Below are positions 38,961 through 48,668 of a stretch of DNA of 64,000 nt, one piece after another. Each line of letters opens with the position of its first letter. Positions within the stretch are counted from its first letter, which is position 1. Location of the stretch: IMG/VR virus record IMGVR_UViG_3300031576_000026, positions 16,292-80,291 of that record; one strand, written 5' to 3'. The stretch comes from a virus. The notes under the pieces were generated by a model. That model did no database searches and was not told where the DNA came from. It saw nothing but the letters and a program-made list of their open reading frames with translations. The position numbers and the translations under genes were made by a program.

Positions 38961-39933
38961 ATCCTTGTTTAATACCTAATTGTTGCTTTTTTGTTTGAAA
39001 TTCCTTTTTGAAATATGATATTTCTTTCATAATACTATCTATTGCTTCTTGTGGAGTTATTTCATAAATTGCAGATCTAATTACAATCTCATGTAGATGG
39101 GCTGCTGTCAATTCACTATATTTTTTTTGCTTAATAATCTGTAAAGTTTCGTCTGGTATTTCTCCTTTACTGAAAAATTTAAAAAGTTCGTATCTGGCAT
39201 TGGAATCCGGATAGTCCATTTTTATCTTATCATCAAATCTTCCCGGTCTATTGGTTATATTAGCCAAAAGATTTTCTGGGAAATTAGTAGTTGCTATGAT
39301 GAATATTGGAATTTGGAATATTTTTTCTTTATTGTCTAATAAAGATAAAAGACTGCTCGTACTTTTTATTTTAGCATTTTCAGCTTCAACACCACCTATG
39401 TCTTCAGCCACTAAGATAATTTTTTTAACTCCTTCCACATATTGAAAGCTCTTAAAGAAGTCTTTAACTTCAGACGGATCAATTTTATCAGTTGACCATA
39501 AAATAATAGCAGTTTTATTGTCTTTTGAATATTGTTGACAAACTTTAATTAAAGCTGTGGTTTTCCCCGTACCTGCGCTACCCCATAATAATACAGCCCG
39601 CCTTGGAATTTCTATCCCTAATCTCTTATAAACATGAAGATTACGGAAAAAGCAATCTATTTTTTTAGTTAATTCTGTTACATTTACGAAATTTTCTAAA
39701 ATAGAATCTGTAACAAACGAAGTAGATTCTAATTTTAAACCCTTTAACGTTTTTTGGATTGACCATACTCCAGGTTTAACCTGATATGGTTCTGGTTTAT
39801 ATTCCTCTTCGTGATAAATAAATTGAACAAAATCTCCTTCTGGTGTGACTGTACAAAAATCGCTTTCTTCAATCTTTTCATTTTCCTTTATGTCTAGTAA
39901 TTTTTGTTTTCTGAGTAAAGTGAAATAACCCAT
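38935..39933 (-). CDS. AAA+ ATPase
   Basis: GSAGTGKT Walker A, LVAEDI Walker B, IATTN, RPGRFD. Confidence 0.92.
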   Translation of the reverse strand: MGYFTLLRKQKLLDIKENEKIEESDFCTVTPEGDFVQFIYHEEEYKPEPYQVKPGVWSIQKTLKGLKLESTSFVTDSILENFVNVTELTKKIDCFFRNLHVYKRLGIEIPRRAVLLWGSAGTGKTTALIKVCQQYSKDNKTAIILWSTDKIDPSEVKDFFKSFQYVEGVKKIILVAEDIGGVEAENAKIKSTSSLLSLLDNKEKIFQIPIFIIATTNFPENLLANITNRPGRFDDKIKMDYPDSNARYELFKFFSKGEIPDETLQIIKQKKYSELTAAHLHEIVIRSAIYEITPQEAIDSIMKEISYFKKEFQTKKQQLGIKQGFDVDDDDF

Positions 39934-39935
39934 TA

Positions 39936-40112
39936 TTATTCTCTTCGATATTCTAGATATAGGTTAGCATCAATCACAACTTCTTCTCCGGTATCTTCTG
40001 ATGTAAACTTAATCCATATACATTCTTTATCATGGTATAATACCAACATTCCTCCCCAACCAAATCCTGGCCATTGGCCATATAGATCATAATATCGTTT
40101 CTGGACTTCCAT
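39936..40112 (-). CDS. 58-aa hypothetical protein not in ORF track (MEVQKRYYDLYGQWPGFGWGG...)
   Basis: TAATG coupling to RNA ligase; exactly fills the gap. Confidence 0.6.
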   Translation of the reverse strand: MEVQKRYYDLYGQWPGFGWGGMLVLYHDKECIWIKFTSEDTGEEVVIDANLYLEYRRE

Positions 40113-41224
40113 TAATGAAATTCCGTTCCATTTTTTAATAAATAATAATCGGGATTTATCATCTTAACGATTTTTCTTCCTATTGGAGATATCTTCTCAT
40201 TAATAGATTTAATAACTAATCCTTCATTCGTTTCATTTGATAATGGGTTTTGTCCAACTAAAATATTAGCCTGATTAATGTTAAAAGGCCCCACATATAC
40301 AATTGGAACTACGGGTAATTCCATGCGTTCTGCCATATCAATAAAATCCCAATGATCTAAATATTTATGTGTTCCATCTTCATCCACAAACATTATATCA
40401 AAGATATATAATTTGTATTCTCCTCTAGCACATCCATAATTAAAATTCTTCTGTATTCCGTCTCCGACTATTTCTCCATATACCACATATCCTTCTGGGA
40501 TTTTAGCATCAAGATTATACTGTCTAAATATTTTACTATATACATCCTCTTCATAAAATCCCTTATGTTCTGATTTATCATGTATTTGAACATTATGGCT
40601 ACCCCAAACAAATTGCCATTTAGGTAAAAAACCAAAGAACTTTAGGATTTTTCTATATAGGGTATTTGCATCAAAAGGAACCCAGCCATATCTGGCATTG
40701 GTACCATGTAGTTTAGTAGTCATGACTACTGGTTCATTCTCAGTGAATAGATTGTTATACCACTTAATATTTTCTATATCGGTATATTTGCAAAAATATC
40801 TATTTGATTGTTTTTTAGATTTTTTTACATTGAGTTTACTTGGTAAGGATTCTTTAGCTGGTTCATATTTTTTTACTTGAAGAATTGAGGATACATCTTC
40901 TTCTAATTTACAATTTTTATCGATAACTAATCCGGTATGATGCAAATCAACAATCATTCCTTGTGAGATAGCCCCTCTTATTTTTATTGATTTTACTCTA
41001 GATTTGGTTAATTTGATTTTAGAATCCGGAGGAAATAGTTTTTCTTCTAGATCCACAGGTAGAATAGAATCCACTGGAATATAGATAATAGGTTGACCCA
41101 CCTTGTATAAATCCTTCTGTATTACTACCATCCAATCATATATTTTGGCAACAGATAAACGATCTGCATTTGGATGTGGTAAGATATCCTGAATTGTGGT
41201 TACTGGTACTTTAAACGTACTCAC
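40112..41224 (-). CDS. RNA ligase (DRB0094/Rnl2-like) with N-terminal tRNA-binding-type OB fold
   Basis: PHPNADRL, YIPVDSILP, IRGAISQG; KLHGTN adenylation motif, YGE, FD, EGLVIK. Confidence 0.9.
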   Translation of the reverse strand: MSTFKVPVTTIQDILPHPNADRLSVAKIYDWMVVIQKDLYKVGQPIIYIPVDSILPVDLEEKLFPPDSKIKLTKSRVKSIKIRGAISQGMIVDLHHTGLVIDKNCKLEEDVSSILQVKKYEPAKESLPSKLNVKKSKKQSNRYFCKYTDIENIKWYNNLFTENEPVVMTTKLHGTNARYGWVPFDANTLYRKILKFFGFLPKWQFVWGSHNVQIHDKSEHKGFYEEDVYSKIFRQYNLDAKIPEGYVVYGEIVGDGIQKNFNYGCARGEYKLYIFDIMFVDEDGTHKYLDHWDFIDMAERMELPVVPIVYVGPFNINQANILVGQNPLSNETNEGLVIKSINEKISPIGRKIVKMINPDYYLLKNGTEFH

Positions 41225-41589
41225 GCAGTCTCCTTATTGAAACCATTGGAATTTGAGTAATAAATATTCTTAATGCCGACATCTTTTATGAGCTGAAAAC
41301 AAAAGGAGCAAGGCTTAGCTAAAGCCATCTGACTTGTTTTAGTTTCTCGGTAAACATATATATCACATCCATTCAGATCTTCTCTTCCAGCATTAAGAAT
41401 TGCGTCTAATTCAGCATGCAGCGTTTTCCATTTATTATTACTGCGCCTGTGTGTTCTATTCTTATTGAACCCCATTCCTATGATCTTATTCCCTTTAACT
41501 ATAATAGCCCCCAATTTATGGGGTTTATAATTGCTCTTATAACTTAATTTTCTGGCTACATCAAAAAATCTAACCTTCATAATATCCAA
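41221..41589 (-). CDS. Cytidine/dCMP deaminase-family protein
   Basis: HAE...PCxxC zinc motif. Confidence 0.88.
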   Translation of the reverse strand: MDIMKVRFFDVARKLSYKSNYKPHKLGAIIVKGNKIIGMGFNKNRTHRRSNNKWKTLHAELDAILNAGREDLNGCDIYVYRETKTSQMALAKPCSFCFQLIKDVGIKNIYYSNSNGFNKETA

Positions 41590-44345
41590 TCAATCGGTTT
41601 TACTTTATGCTTTGCAAGCCAATCATTGGTTTTTGAGAAATACTTTCCGCCTAGAAATCCTCCAGATTGATTTAAAGGAGAAGGATGATTTCCAGTTAAT
41701 ACCATTATTTTATCATGAATGGCTAATTTTGTCAATTTATCTTTAGCATATTTTCCCCAACATATAATAACTATAGGTTTTTTCAAGTTAACTAATTTCT
41801 TTAAAACACAATCAGTGTATTGTTCCCAACCAATATTTGAATGTGACAAAGACTTTTCCTCTTCTATAGTTAAAATACTATTTAATAATAATACTCCTTG
41901 ACTTGCCCATGGACTAAGATCTCCACTAGAAGGAAAATTAATGTTTAGATCGGCTTGAAGTTCTTTAAATACATTTTTTAATGAGGCTGGAATTTTAGAA
42001 TGACTAACAGAAAATGCTAACCCACAAGCATCTTTCTTGTTGGGATAAGGATCTTGACCTATAATAACCACTTTGGTTTTATCTGGGTTAAAATACTCAA
42101 ATGCTTTAAAAATTTTATCCTTTCCCGGTAATATTGATTTTCCTGAAGATTCTTCTTTTTGAATAAAATCCAATGCTTTGGTTTTATACAAGCTCATTTC
42201 AAATTTAAGTAATTGATTTTGATGTTTTTTTAATGAATAATTAGGAAAAATTTTAGTGTCTAAAATAGTTGAAAATCTTTGTGCTGTTTTATGAAGCTTT
42301 TCCAAGAATTTAGATTTACTATGATCACCATCGAAATCTTCTATTAGTGCTAAACTATTATCTGTTTTAAAATAACAATAAATCCTATCTCCTTCCACAT
42401 AATCTGTTTCTTCTATTGCATCTCTAACTTTTGACTCATTGGTTCTTTCGGATGTTAAAGTTTTATCTGAAATAGTCATCCGTTTAACCCAGCGCTTAAT
42501 ATCTTTAATATCAAGTATTTCTTTAACATAATCTTCATAAATTTTCAAATAGCCATGTGTTTCTTTTATAATACCACCAACGATTTTCTCTAGAAATTCT
42601 CTGAGGGCTGGTTCTAGAGTGGGGCTTTTTAAAGCAGATCCTTTATATTTAATATCTCCATTTTCTTTATGAAGAACATAATTTTTACTTTTGATAACAA
42701 TAAATTTCGGATAAAATCCATCATCGTCCCATCTAATTGTCTGAGGAAAATTCCCAGATAGTTCATCTTTTAATAATATTCTTTGTTCCTTATGTATAAA
42801 AGATCCATCCATATGGCCAAAAGATATACTATCTGTATCAACATTTGCTATGAGCATATTTCTAGAATTTACCCAGTCAATTCCCCTTTGTAATATCTCT
42901 CTGCCGTAACGAGTAACCGTGGCTGCTCCTTCTCCATAATTAAAAGCCAATCCCGGAGCACCCATAAATCCATATAAAGAATTAATAAATATCTTTTCAG
43001 ATTGCTCTAGATGTTTATAATAATCTTCTCCGGTATCTTGGGCAAGCCCTTTGTTTTTTAATCTCTCAGTTCTAAAATATTCTACTAAGTTTAAAAAATA
43101 TTTATCGGGATCTTTTTTCTCCGGATAGATTTTATATTCCATCATAATAGACGGATAAAGAGAAGCTATGTCAAGTTTTAAAATATTATTAAATATTCCC
43201 GGATTACCCCAAGAAATTGCTCCTTCAAATTCTGGTATAATATCAGCTTTGGGAATAGAGTGATCTTTCTGTAAATAAGATCTTAACATTATAGAATTTA
43301 ATTGACTTCCGCTCGCACTCTGCATTGTGGCTTGGAAAGATTTGGGTATACTTTGAGCCATATAGAAATATGGAGGTATAAATTTATCAAAAAGAGTAAG
43401 AGAATCATCTGCATCGTGTATACAATAATCTTTAATTTTATCCCATTCTTGGGTTATTTTATAATTATCCCTTATTCGGGATGCATCATAAAAGACACGA
43501 TCTTTATTTTCCCAGCCTTCTTGTTTAATAATTGCTTTTAATCCATAACTATCATATTTTTTTTCAACACTGTCGGCTTTGATAGCCAAAAACATTGTAT
43601 CTATTATATTTCTGCCATATATATAACAATCATGATAATGTAAATCTCTATTTCCGTCTACACGAAAATCTGATTGATATTTATCATTTATTTTCAGGCT
43701 GCTGCCATCCCTACCTATATCTAAACTTATATCGTATTTAGAAGCTATATAATTTAAATAAGGTAAATCATATCCAAAACAATTATGACCGAGAAGAATC
43801 GAAGGATCTATTTTTCTAACCCAGGAGCACCAATCCTGTATCATGACTCCTTCATCTTCATAATCATCATATGCAAATAGTTTTCTGGTTATTGTATTAC
43901 ATCTCCTGAATGTATTTGAAATTAATAGAAGTTTTGCGTCTTCAGTGTGTTTTAATGTCGTTGCTTCAATGTCAAAGGCCAATACGCCTATATCTGAAGG
44001 CTTCATATCTTTAAAATAACCGTAGCCTTCCTTAATCATTAAAGATTCTTTTGAATTATATATAGAAAAAGTATCTTGGCCTTTGTAGTGACGACGACAA
44101 TCTAGAAATTTTCTTTTATTATCATAGTATTGGATAAATCCATAATGTAAATCTCCATTTAATCTTTTCCATTTACCCTCTAATGACTTTGAGGACAATA
44201 TCCAATATGTATTAGGAAAAAATTCACTGGTTACGGAACCATCCGGATTTTCTCTAAAAATTTCTACGCTATTATCTTTTGGTTCAATGGCCACGATATA
44301 GTTTATTGGTGATTTGCCAAAGATTAATGAATTGATATTATTCAT
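41577..44345 (-). CDS. Family B DNA polymerase fused to C-terminal family-1 uracil-DNA glycosylase
   Basis: Exo FDIE, GHN..YDLPY, YCIHD; pol DIASLYPS, KIFINSLYG, DTDS; UNG GQDPY, GLAFS, GVLLLN, HPSPL. Confidence 0.93.
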   Translation of the reverse strand: MNNINSLIFGKSPINYIVAIEPKDNSVEIFRENPDGSVTSEFFPNTYWILSSKSLEGKWKRLNGDLHYGFIQYYDNKRKFLDCRRHYKGQDTFSIYNSKESLMIKEGYGYFKDMKPSDIGVLAFDIEATTLKHTEDAKLLLISNTFRRCNTITRKLFAYDDYEDEGVMIQDWCSWVRKIDPSILLGHNCFGYDLPYLNYIASKYDISLDIGRDGSSLKINDKYQSDFRVDGNRDLHYHDCYIYGRNIIDTMFLAIKADSVEKKYDSYGLKAIIKQEGWENKDRVFYDASRIRDNYKITQEWDKIKDYCIHDADDSLTLFDKFIPPYFYMAQSIPKSFQATMQSASGSQLNSIMLRSYLQKDHSIPKADIIPEFEGAISWGNPGIFNNILKLDIASLYPSIMMEYKIYPEKKDPDKYFLNLVEYFRTERLKNKGLAQDTGEDYYKHLEQSEKIFINSLYGFMGAPGLAFNYGEGAATVTRYGREILQRGIDWVNSRNMLIANVDTDSISFGHMDGSFIHKEQRILLKDELSGNFPQTIRWDDDGFYPKFIVIKSKNYVLHKENGDIKYKGSALKSPTLEPALREFLEKIVGGIIKETHGYLKIYEDYVKEILDIKDIKRWVKRMTISDKTLTSERTNESKVRDAIEETDYVEGDRIYCYFKTDNSLALIEDFDGDHSKSKFLEKLHKTAQRFSTILDTKIFPNYSLKKHQNQLLKFEMSLYKTKALDFIQKEESSGKSILPGKDKIFKAFEYFNPDKTKVVIIGQDPYPNKKDACGLAFSVSHSKIPASLKNVFKELQADLNINFPSSGDLSPWASQGVLLLNSILTIEEEKSLSHSNIGWEQYTDCVLKKLVNLKKPIVIICWGKYAKDKLTKLAIHDKIMVLTGNHPSPLNQSGGFLGGKYFSKTNDWLAKHKVKPIDWIL

Positions 44346-46342
44346 TAACTACTCCAATGACTATCTGTGTTATTTTTATTTTCTGATTCCTTTTTTCTTC
44401 TTTTCAAGTCGTCTAATTTCTTTCTTTGTTCTTCCGTTTCAATGCTACTTATAATACCTCTAACTCCATCCCATAAAAAATCACCTTGCCATAAAGATCC
44501 AAATCTATTTTTAACAACAGAGATAGAAGCGAATTTGTCTTCACGGACCGTTGCTGGATTATATCCTTCTCTCCATAATCCTAAAATTAGAGAACAGCTT
44601 TGTTCTATTAAACTAGATCCTTTAACTGCTCTTAGAGTTAAGATTGGATCTGAGATATTGGGAGTAGCATGCTTCTGGGTTTGTAATAACAGTAAAACAC
44701 AGGCAGACATTTCATTAGCTAAATCTTTTAATTGGTTAGCAATAATCCCAGTATTTGCGATTGGATCACTATATGGTCCAGCTATGCATTCTAGATAGTC
44801 TACTATGATTAATTTTACCTTTTGACTTGTACTTTCCTCGTGTTTTAAAATAATATTTCTCATGTCTGGTATAGTTAATCCAGATTTAAAGTTAAATCCA
44901 ACATTTTTATATTCTTCCTGGATTTGTTTAATAATTTTCTCTTTCTCTTTGGTATTATTCTTAAATACATCTAATACATGTTTAAAACTATGTCCGGTTA
45001 ATTTTTGAACTAACTTTGCGTAAATAATAGGAAGCCCCATATCTAAGCTAAAAAATACAGAACTTATACCGGATAGTGAAGCATTTCTTAAATAATTAAG
45101 AGATAGTGATGTTTTACCACTTCCCGGAGCACCGACTAGTCCTACTAGGTTATACGCTAATAGCATTGCATTATCATCAAGTTCTTTAAGTCCAGTTTTA
45201 ATTATATTTTGCTCATGGTTAACTGCAAAATTCGCAAACTGTTGATTAAATCTATCGAATGTAACACAAGGAGTTTCTTCCTCTTCGTCTGGACATTTAT
45301 GATTGTCCAAGCTCTGGCAGTAATCTTTTAACCATCTATTAGATGGTGTATCATCTTTTTTACAACTATGTTGCCCTCCTCTCCAAGTATCTTTAAAGAC
45401 GGCCCCTTCGATAATATTATTCCACAGTTCTTCTTTCGAGAACTTATTCTCTCCAGTTCTTTCAACATGTCTTTCAATAGCATCTTTACATAATCTATAA
45501 GTTGCGGTATTAGAAAACCCCATAGTCCGATAGGTAGATGCTAAAATCATTAAAGCTATATCTCTGCTACCTTCTTGAAAGTAACCTTGCGATAAAGCCC
45601 ACTTACAGCTTCTCCAATGCTTAGGTTTTTGTAACCAATCAAGCCCTTCAGTTTTTAGTTGGATGGATCGAACCACGGGAACTATTTGCCCATGTTCAAG
45701 CAAAGCTTTATTAATTATAAAAGGATGGTACCATTTAATAATATCATCTATTTCTACATCACAATTAGTTTTAGCCAATTCTCTAACTTGATTTGCATCC
45801 CAACTATTTAATTCTGTTAATGTTATTGGAATTTTGTAAAGACCCGAAGCGGCGTGTTTAGAAAATGGAATGCGGAATACTCTTTGATTATCATAAATTT
45901 TACTATCAAATGTTCGTAACTCTTTCCCTAAATTAGTACAAATTAATCCTACAATATTAACAGGAAGATCTTTATTAAGATCAACCATGACACTGATGCC
46001 TTTATGTCCCGAAAAACATATTTGAATATTCTGTTCTATCATTCCCAAATCAAGCAATTTTTTACAGAGTAGTCTAGCATCATCTATTGCATTTTGAAGA
46101 TTATCAACACTATCAAAATCAAACCAAAGTCTATCTGTTTTACTATCGGTTATTCCAGATAAAGTATGTGTTTTTTGCCATTGCTCATATTGTTCTTGGG
46201 TATATTTAGCCATGGAGATAAACCATGGGTTATTTAGATCTTTAATATGCTTATATGGAGATTCATCGGTGGGAATAAGCCAGTGATATTTTAAATCGGA
46301 TGTAAGCTTTCGGTATTCCATAATATATATACATATATACAA
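44345..46342 (-). CDS. AEP-type primase fused to DnaB-like SF4 helicase
   Basis: FDFD, SGHKG, RVFRIP; GAPGSGKT, IIVDYL, KNRFG; likely start MEYRK at 46321. Confidence 0.85.
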   Translation of the reverse strand: MYICIYIMEYRKLTSDLKYHWLIPTDESPYKHIKDLNNPWFISMAKYTQEQYEQWQKTHTLSGITDSKTDRLWFDFDSVDNLQNAIDDARLLCKKLLDLGMIEQNIQICFSGHKGISVMVDLNKDLPVNIVGLICTNLGKELRTFDSKIYDNQRVFRIPFSKHAASGLYKIPITLTELNSWDANQVRELAKTNCDVEIDDIIKWYHPFIINKALLEHGQIVPVVRSIQLKTEGLDWLQKPKHWRSCKWALSQGYFQEGSRDIALMILASTYRTMGFSNTATYRLCKDAIERHVERTGENKFSKEELWNNIIEGAVFKDTWRGGQHSCKKDDTPSNRWLKDYCQSLDNHKCPDEEEETPCVTFDRFNQQFANFAVNHEQNIIKTGLKELDDNAMLLAYNLVGLVGAPGSGKTSLSLNYLRNASLSGISSVFFSLDMGLPIIYAKLVQKLTGHSFKHVLDVFKNNTKEKEKIIKQIQEEYKNVGFNFKSGLTIPDMRNIILKHEESTSQKVKLIIVDYLECIAGPYSDPIANTGIIANQLKDLANEMSACVLLLLQTQKHATPNISDPILTLRAVKGSSLIEQSCSLILGLWREGYNPATVREDKFASISVVKNRFGSLWQGDFLWDGVRGIISSIETEEQRKKLDDLKRRKKESENKNNTDSHWSS

Positions 46343-46343
46343 G

Positions 46344-46376
46344 GGACTGGTGGAGGAATTAAATATACCAGCCCCG
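46344..46376 (-). terminator. Hairpin/attenuator-like element upstream of primase-helicase
   Basis: GGGGCTGGT...ACCAGTCCC stem followed by TTGTATATGT on - strand. Confidence 0.4.
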
Positions 46377-46396
46377 ACTACTGAAAAGTTTAGTTA

Positions 46397-46723
46397 CTAT
46401 GGATTAGGAAGAACTATTTCAAATCTTACGAATTCTGGTAGATTATTAACTCTTTCTTTTTGTTTAATTACATAATCTTCGGTTAGTGTTCCTTGAGAAA
46501 GATTATAATCTAGTTTAGCTAATTGTGTTTCTCTGGTTTCCAAACGTAGAAGAAGACCGTTTTCATCCATATTCTGAATGGCTGTTAATAGGAATGCCTG
46601 TGTCTGCTTATCACCCTTTAGACGTATATAATCCATTTTTTTAAATGAATCTGAATTAGTCCCGTTTTTGTCTTTAGGTGGTTTTAGAATACTCCCCACT
46701 GTCCATTGCTTTAGTTTCGACAT
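46397..46723 (-). CDS. Hypothetical protein (replication module)
   Basis: AAGGAG RBS, 108 aa. Confidence 0.6.
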   Translation of the reverse strand: MSKLKQWTVGSILKPPKDKNGTNSDSFKKMDYIRLKGDKQTQAFLLTAIQNMDENGLLLRLETRETQLAKLDYNLSQGTLTEDYVIKQKERVNNLPEFVRFEIVLPNP

Positions 46724-47078
46724 TGTTTATCTCCTTATTTTTTTCATTCGAATCAAGTTTTTGAATTTCTTCTTGTTTACTATATAATAGATGTAAAACT
46801 AAGGTTGTTTTAGCTTCATATAAATGTTGCCCTAATATATAAGCATTTTTTTCATTTTCCGATTTAAGATTCGGAAAATATTCTTCTAACGGATTTGCTA
46901 TCAAAGCTCTAATTAATCTTCTTAATGCTTTATTAGACAACTTATCAACTGCCACACAAAATTTGGGAAAAAGATGACCGAATATTCCGCTTGCCGATGT
47001 TACTGGATCAAATTCTGGTGTTGGATTAACTTGAGAATCTACTGTGTTTAATTTTGCTGTTGTTTCTTCAGAAGTCAT
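46674..47078 (-). CDS. Hypothetical protein
   Basis: 134 aa ORF in operon. Confidence 0.55.
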   Translation of the reverse strand: MTSEETTAKLNTVDSQVNPTPEFDPVTSASGIFGHLFPKFCVAVDKLSNKALRRLIRALIANPLEEYFPNLKSENEKNAYILGQHLYEAKTTLVLHLLYSKQEEIQKLDSNEKNKEINNVETKAMDSGEYSKTT

Positions 47079-47615
47079 TTAATCATCCCACCCATTATTA
47101 GAGGCTGAAGCAACATCAGCCACTACGGGCACTTCCGGTGTTGGGGCAGTGACTGACTTTCTTTTTCTAAAAGAAGTTTCTATTGTGGTTGTTTTATTTT
47201 CTGGAGAACTTTTGGGAACTGGGGATGCTGATTTTGTATTAGTTACGGGACTGTCTGCCAATCTTTCTCCTTCTTCCAAGTCGCTTATCGCAAATTGAGT
47301 ACCATATCCAAGTAAAGCCAAAGCTCTTCCAATAGCTGAAGTTTCTGCCTTTTCAGTGTGATCCGGAAAATCCTTCAGTGTTTCTCGTTTAGTTGCTGTT
47401 GCTTTTTTCACAACTTTACCTTCATCATTATAAACCGTTACTGTGGCTTTAGCAACGGTTTGTTCATTATCTAATGATAGAAATTCAGTTGCAATATCAA
47501 ATCTGGTTTCTTTCTCATTAAACCAAACAAGGCGATGAGCAACTTGAAGATAGTCCTTACCTCTTAGAGAAAGAAGTGGTAGTACTGTCCCTTTTTCTGT
47601 TTTAACTGTGTTCAT
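47079..47615 (-). CDS. Rad52/Sak-like single-strand annealing protein
   Basis: GKDYLQVAHRL..F...EKAETSAIGRALALLGYG; disordered tail. Confidence 0.7.
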   Translation of the reverse strand: MNTVKTEKGTVLPLLSLRGKDYLQVAHRLVWFNEKETRFDIATEFLSLDNEQTVAKATVTVYNDEGKVVKKATATKRETLKDFPDHTEKAETSAIGRALALLGYGTQFAISDLEEGERLADSPVTNTKSASPVPKSSPENKTTTIETSFRKRKSVTAPTPEVPVVADVASASNNGWDD

Positions 47616-47646
47616 TTAATACCTCTTATTTCTTACCCATATTTAA

Positions 47647-47952
47647 TCACCCAAACAAAATATTACCAACTTCGATGCGAAAAGCTTCCATTGCAAATTC
47701 TTTATGTGATCCGATGTATTTTTTTTGAATCTGACCACTTTCTCCTGTTTTAGCATTAAAGCCAATTTCTACTAAATACCATCCCGCTTCATCCTGATAA
47801 ATACTATATGCTTTATGTGTATATGGAATGGTGACATCAGATCTCACATTTTCTTTTACGGTTTCTTGCATAGAGTTACTCTCTTGTTTATTTGTTTCTT
47901 TTTTATACCTTCTGGGCATAAATTTTTCCTTTATTCTGCTTAATAATAACAT
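47647..47952 (-). CDS. Hypothetical protein
   Basis: Likely start MPRRYK downstream of promoter. Confidence 0.55.
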   Translation of the reverse strand: MLLLSRIKEKFMPRRYKKETNKQESNSMQETVKENVRSDVTIPYTHKAYSIYQDEAGWYLVEIGFNAKTGESGQIQKKYIGSHKEFAMEAFRIEVGNILFG

Positions 47953-47971
47953 AATTCAGGATAAAAGTCAA
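47943..47971 (-). promoter_or_regulatory. sigma70-like promoter
   Basis: TTGACT-17 bp-TATTAT with TG extension. Confidence 0.65.
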
Positions 47972-47981
47972 CAATGAATTT

Positions 47982-48668
47982 TTAAATTACCCAATTATTT
48001 CTTTCCAACGCATTAATAGATACAGGAGCGATTTTTGCTTTCTTTACCTCTTGAAGCATTAATTGAGCAACTCGTCTAATTTCAATTTGAGCTTGATTGG
48101 AATTGCGCAATTTTTGATAATTTGCAAAAGAGCGTAAATTAAATATAGATGTTCTTTCAACCATATTAGCCAATGGTAATTGTGCTCTTAATATTTCTCT
48201 AATTCTTTTAAATTCCATATTAGTTATTTTATTTTCTTTTTCTGCTTGCTTAATAACTGCCATTGATATTGAATAATTATTATTAGCTATTTCACAAGAT
48301 TCTAGATATTTTTCAATGAGTAAAAAATCTCCAACTTTATCTTCTAATAACATATGAACATCATCTGGCAAATCAAAATAATCTCTAGACATAGTTCGAT
48401 ATCTAGATGATGAACCGTTGTGTGAAGCAATTCTATGTGTCATATGTTGTCTATCAATAAAAATTGGCATCCTTATCCAAAATCTAAAAATAACAGATTC
48501 AAATGGAGTTGAGTGTTTTAGATCAGCAAGTATATTAACAATTCTTTCAACATCCATATCAGATCTAAGTTTCTTTTTAGCTAAATCTAGGGAGCTAGTC
48601 CAAGCAGATTCGGCTATACTACGATCTGAACCCATCCATTCTTGTAGTTCTACTTTAATTTGATCCAT
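47982..48668 (-). CDS. thyX: FAD-dependent thymidylate synthase
   Basis: HSTPFE, RQHMTHRIASHNGSSSRY, NLRS, AQIEIR. Confidence 0.88.
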   Translation of the reverse strand: MDQIKVELQEWMGSDRSIAESAWTSSLDLAKKKLRSDMDVERIVNILADLKHSTPFESVIFRFWIRMPIFIDRQHMTHRIASHNGSSSRYRTMSRDYFDLPDDVHMLLEDKVGDFLLIEKYLESCEIANNNYSISMAVIKQAEKENKITNMEFKRIREILRAQLPLANMVERTSIFNLRSFANYQKLRNSNQAQIEIRRVAQLMLQEVKKAKIAPVSINALERNNWVI

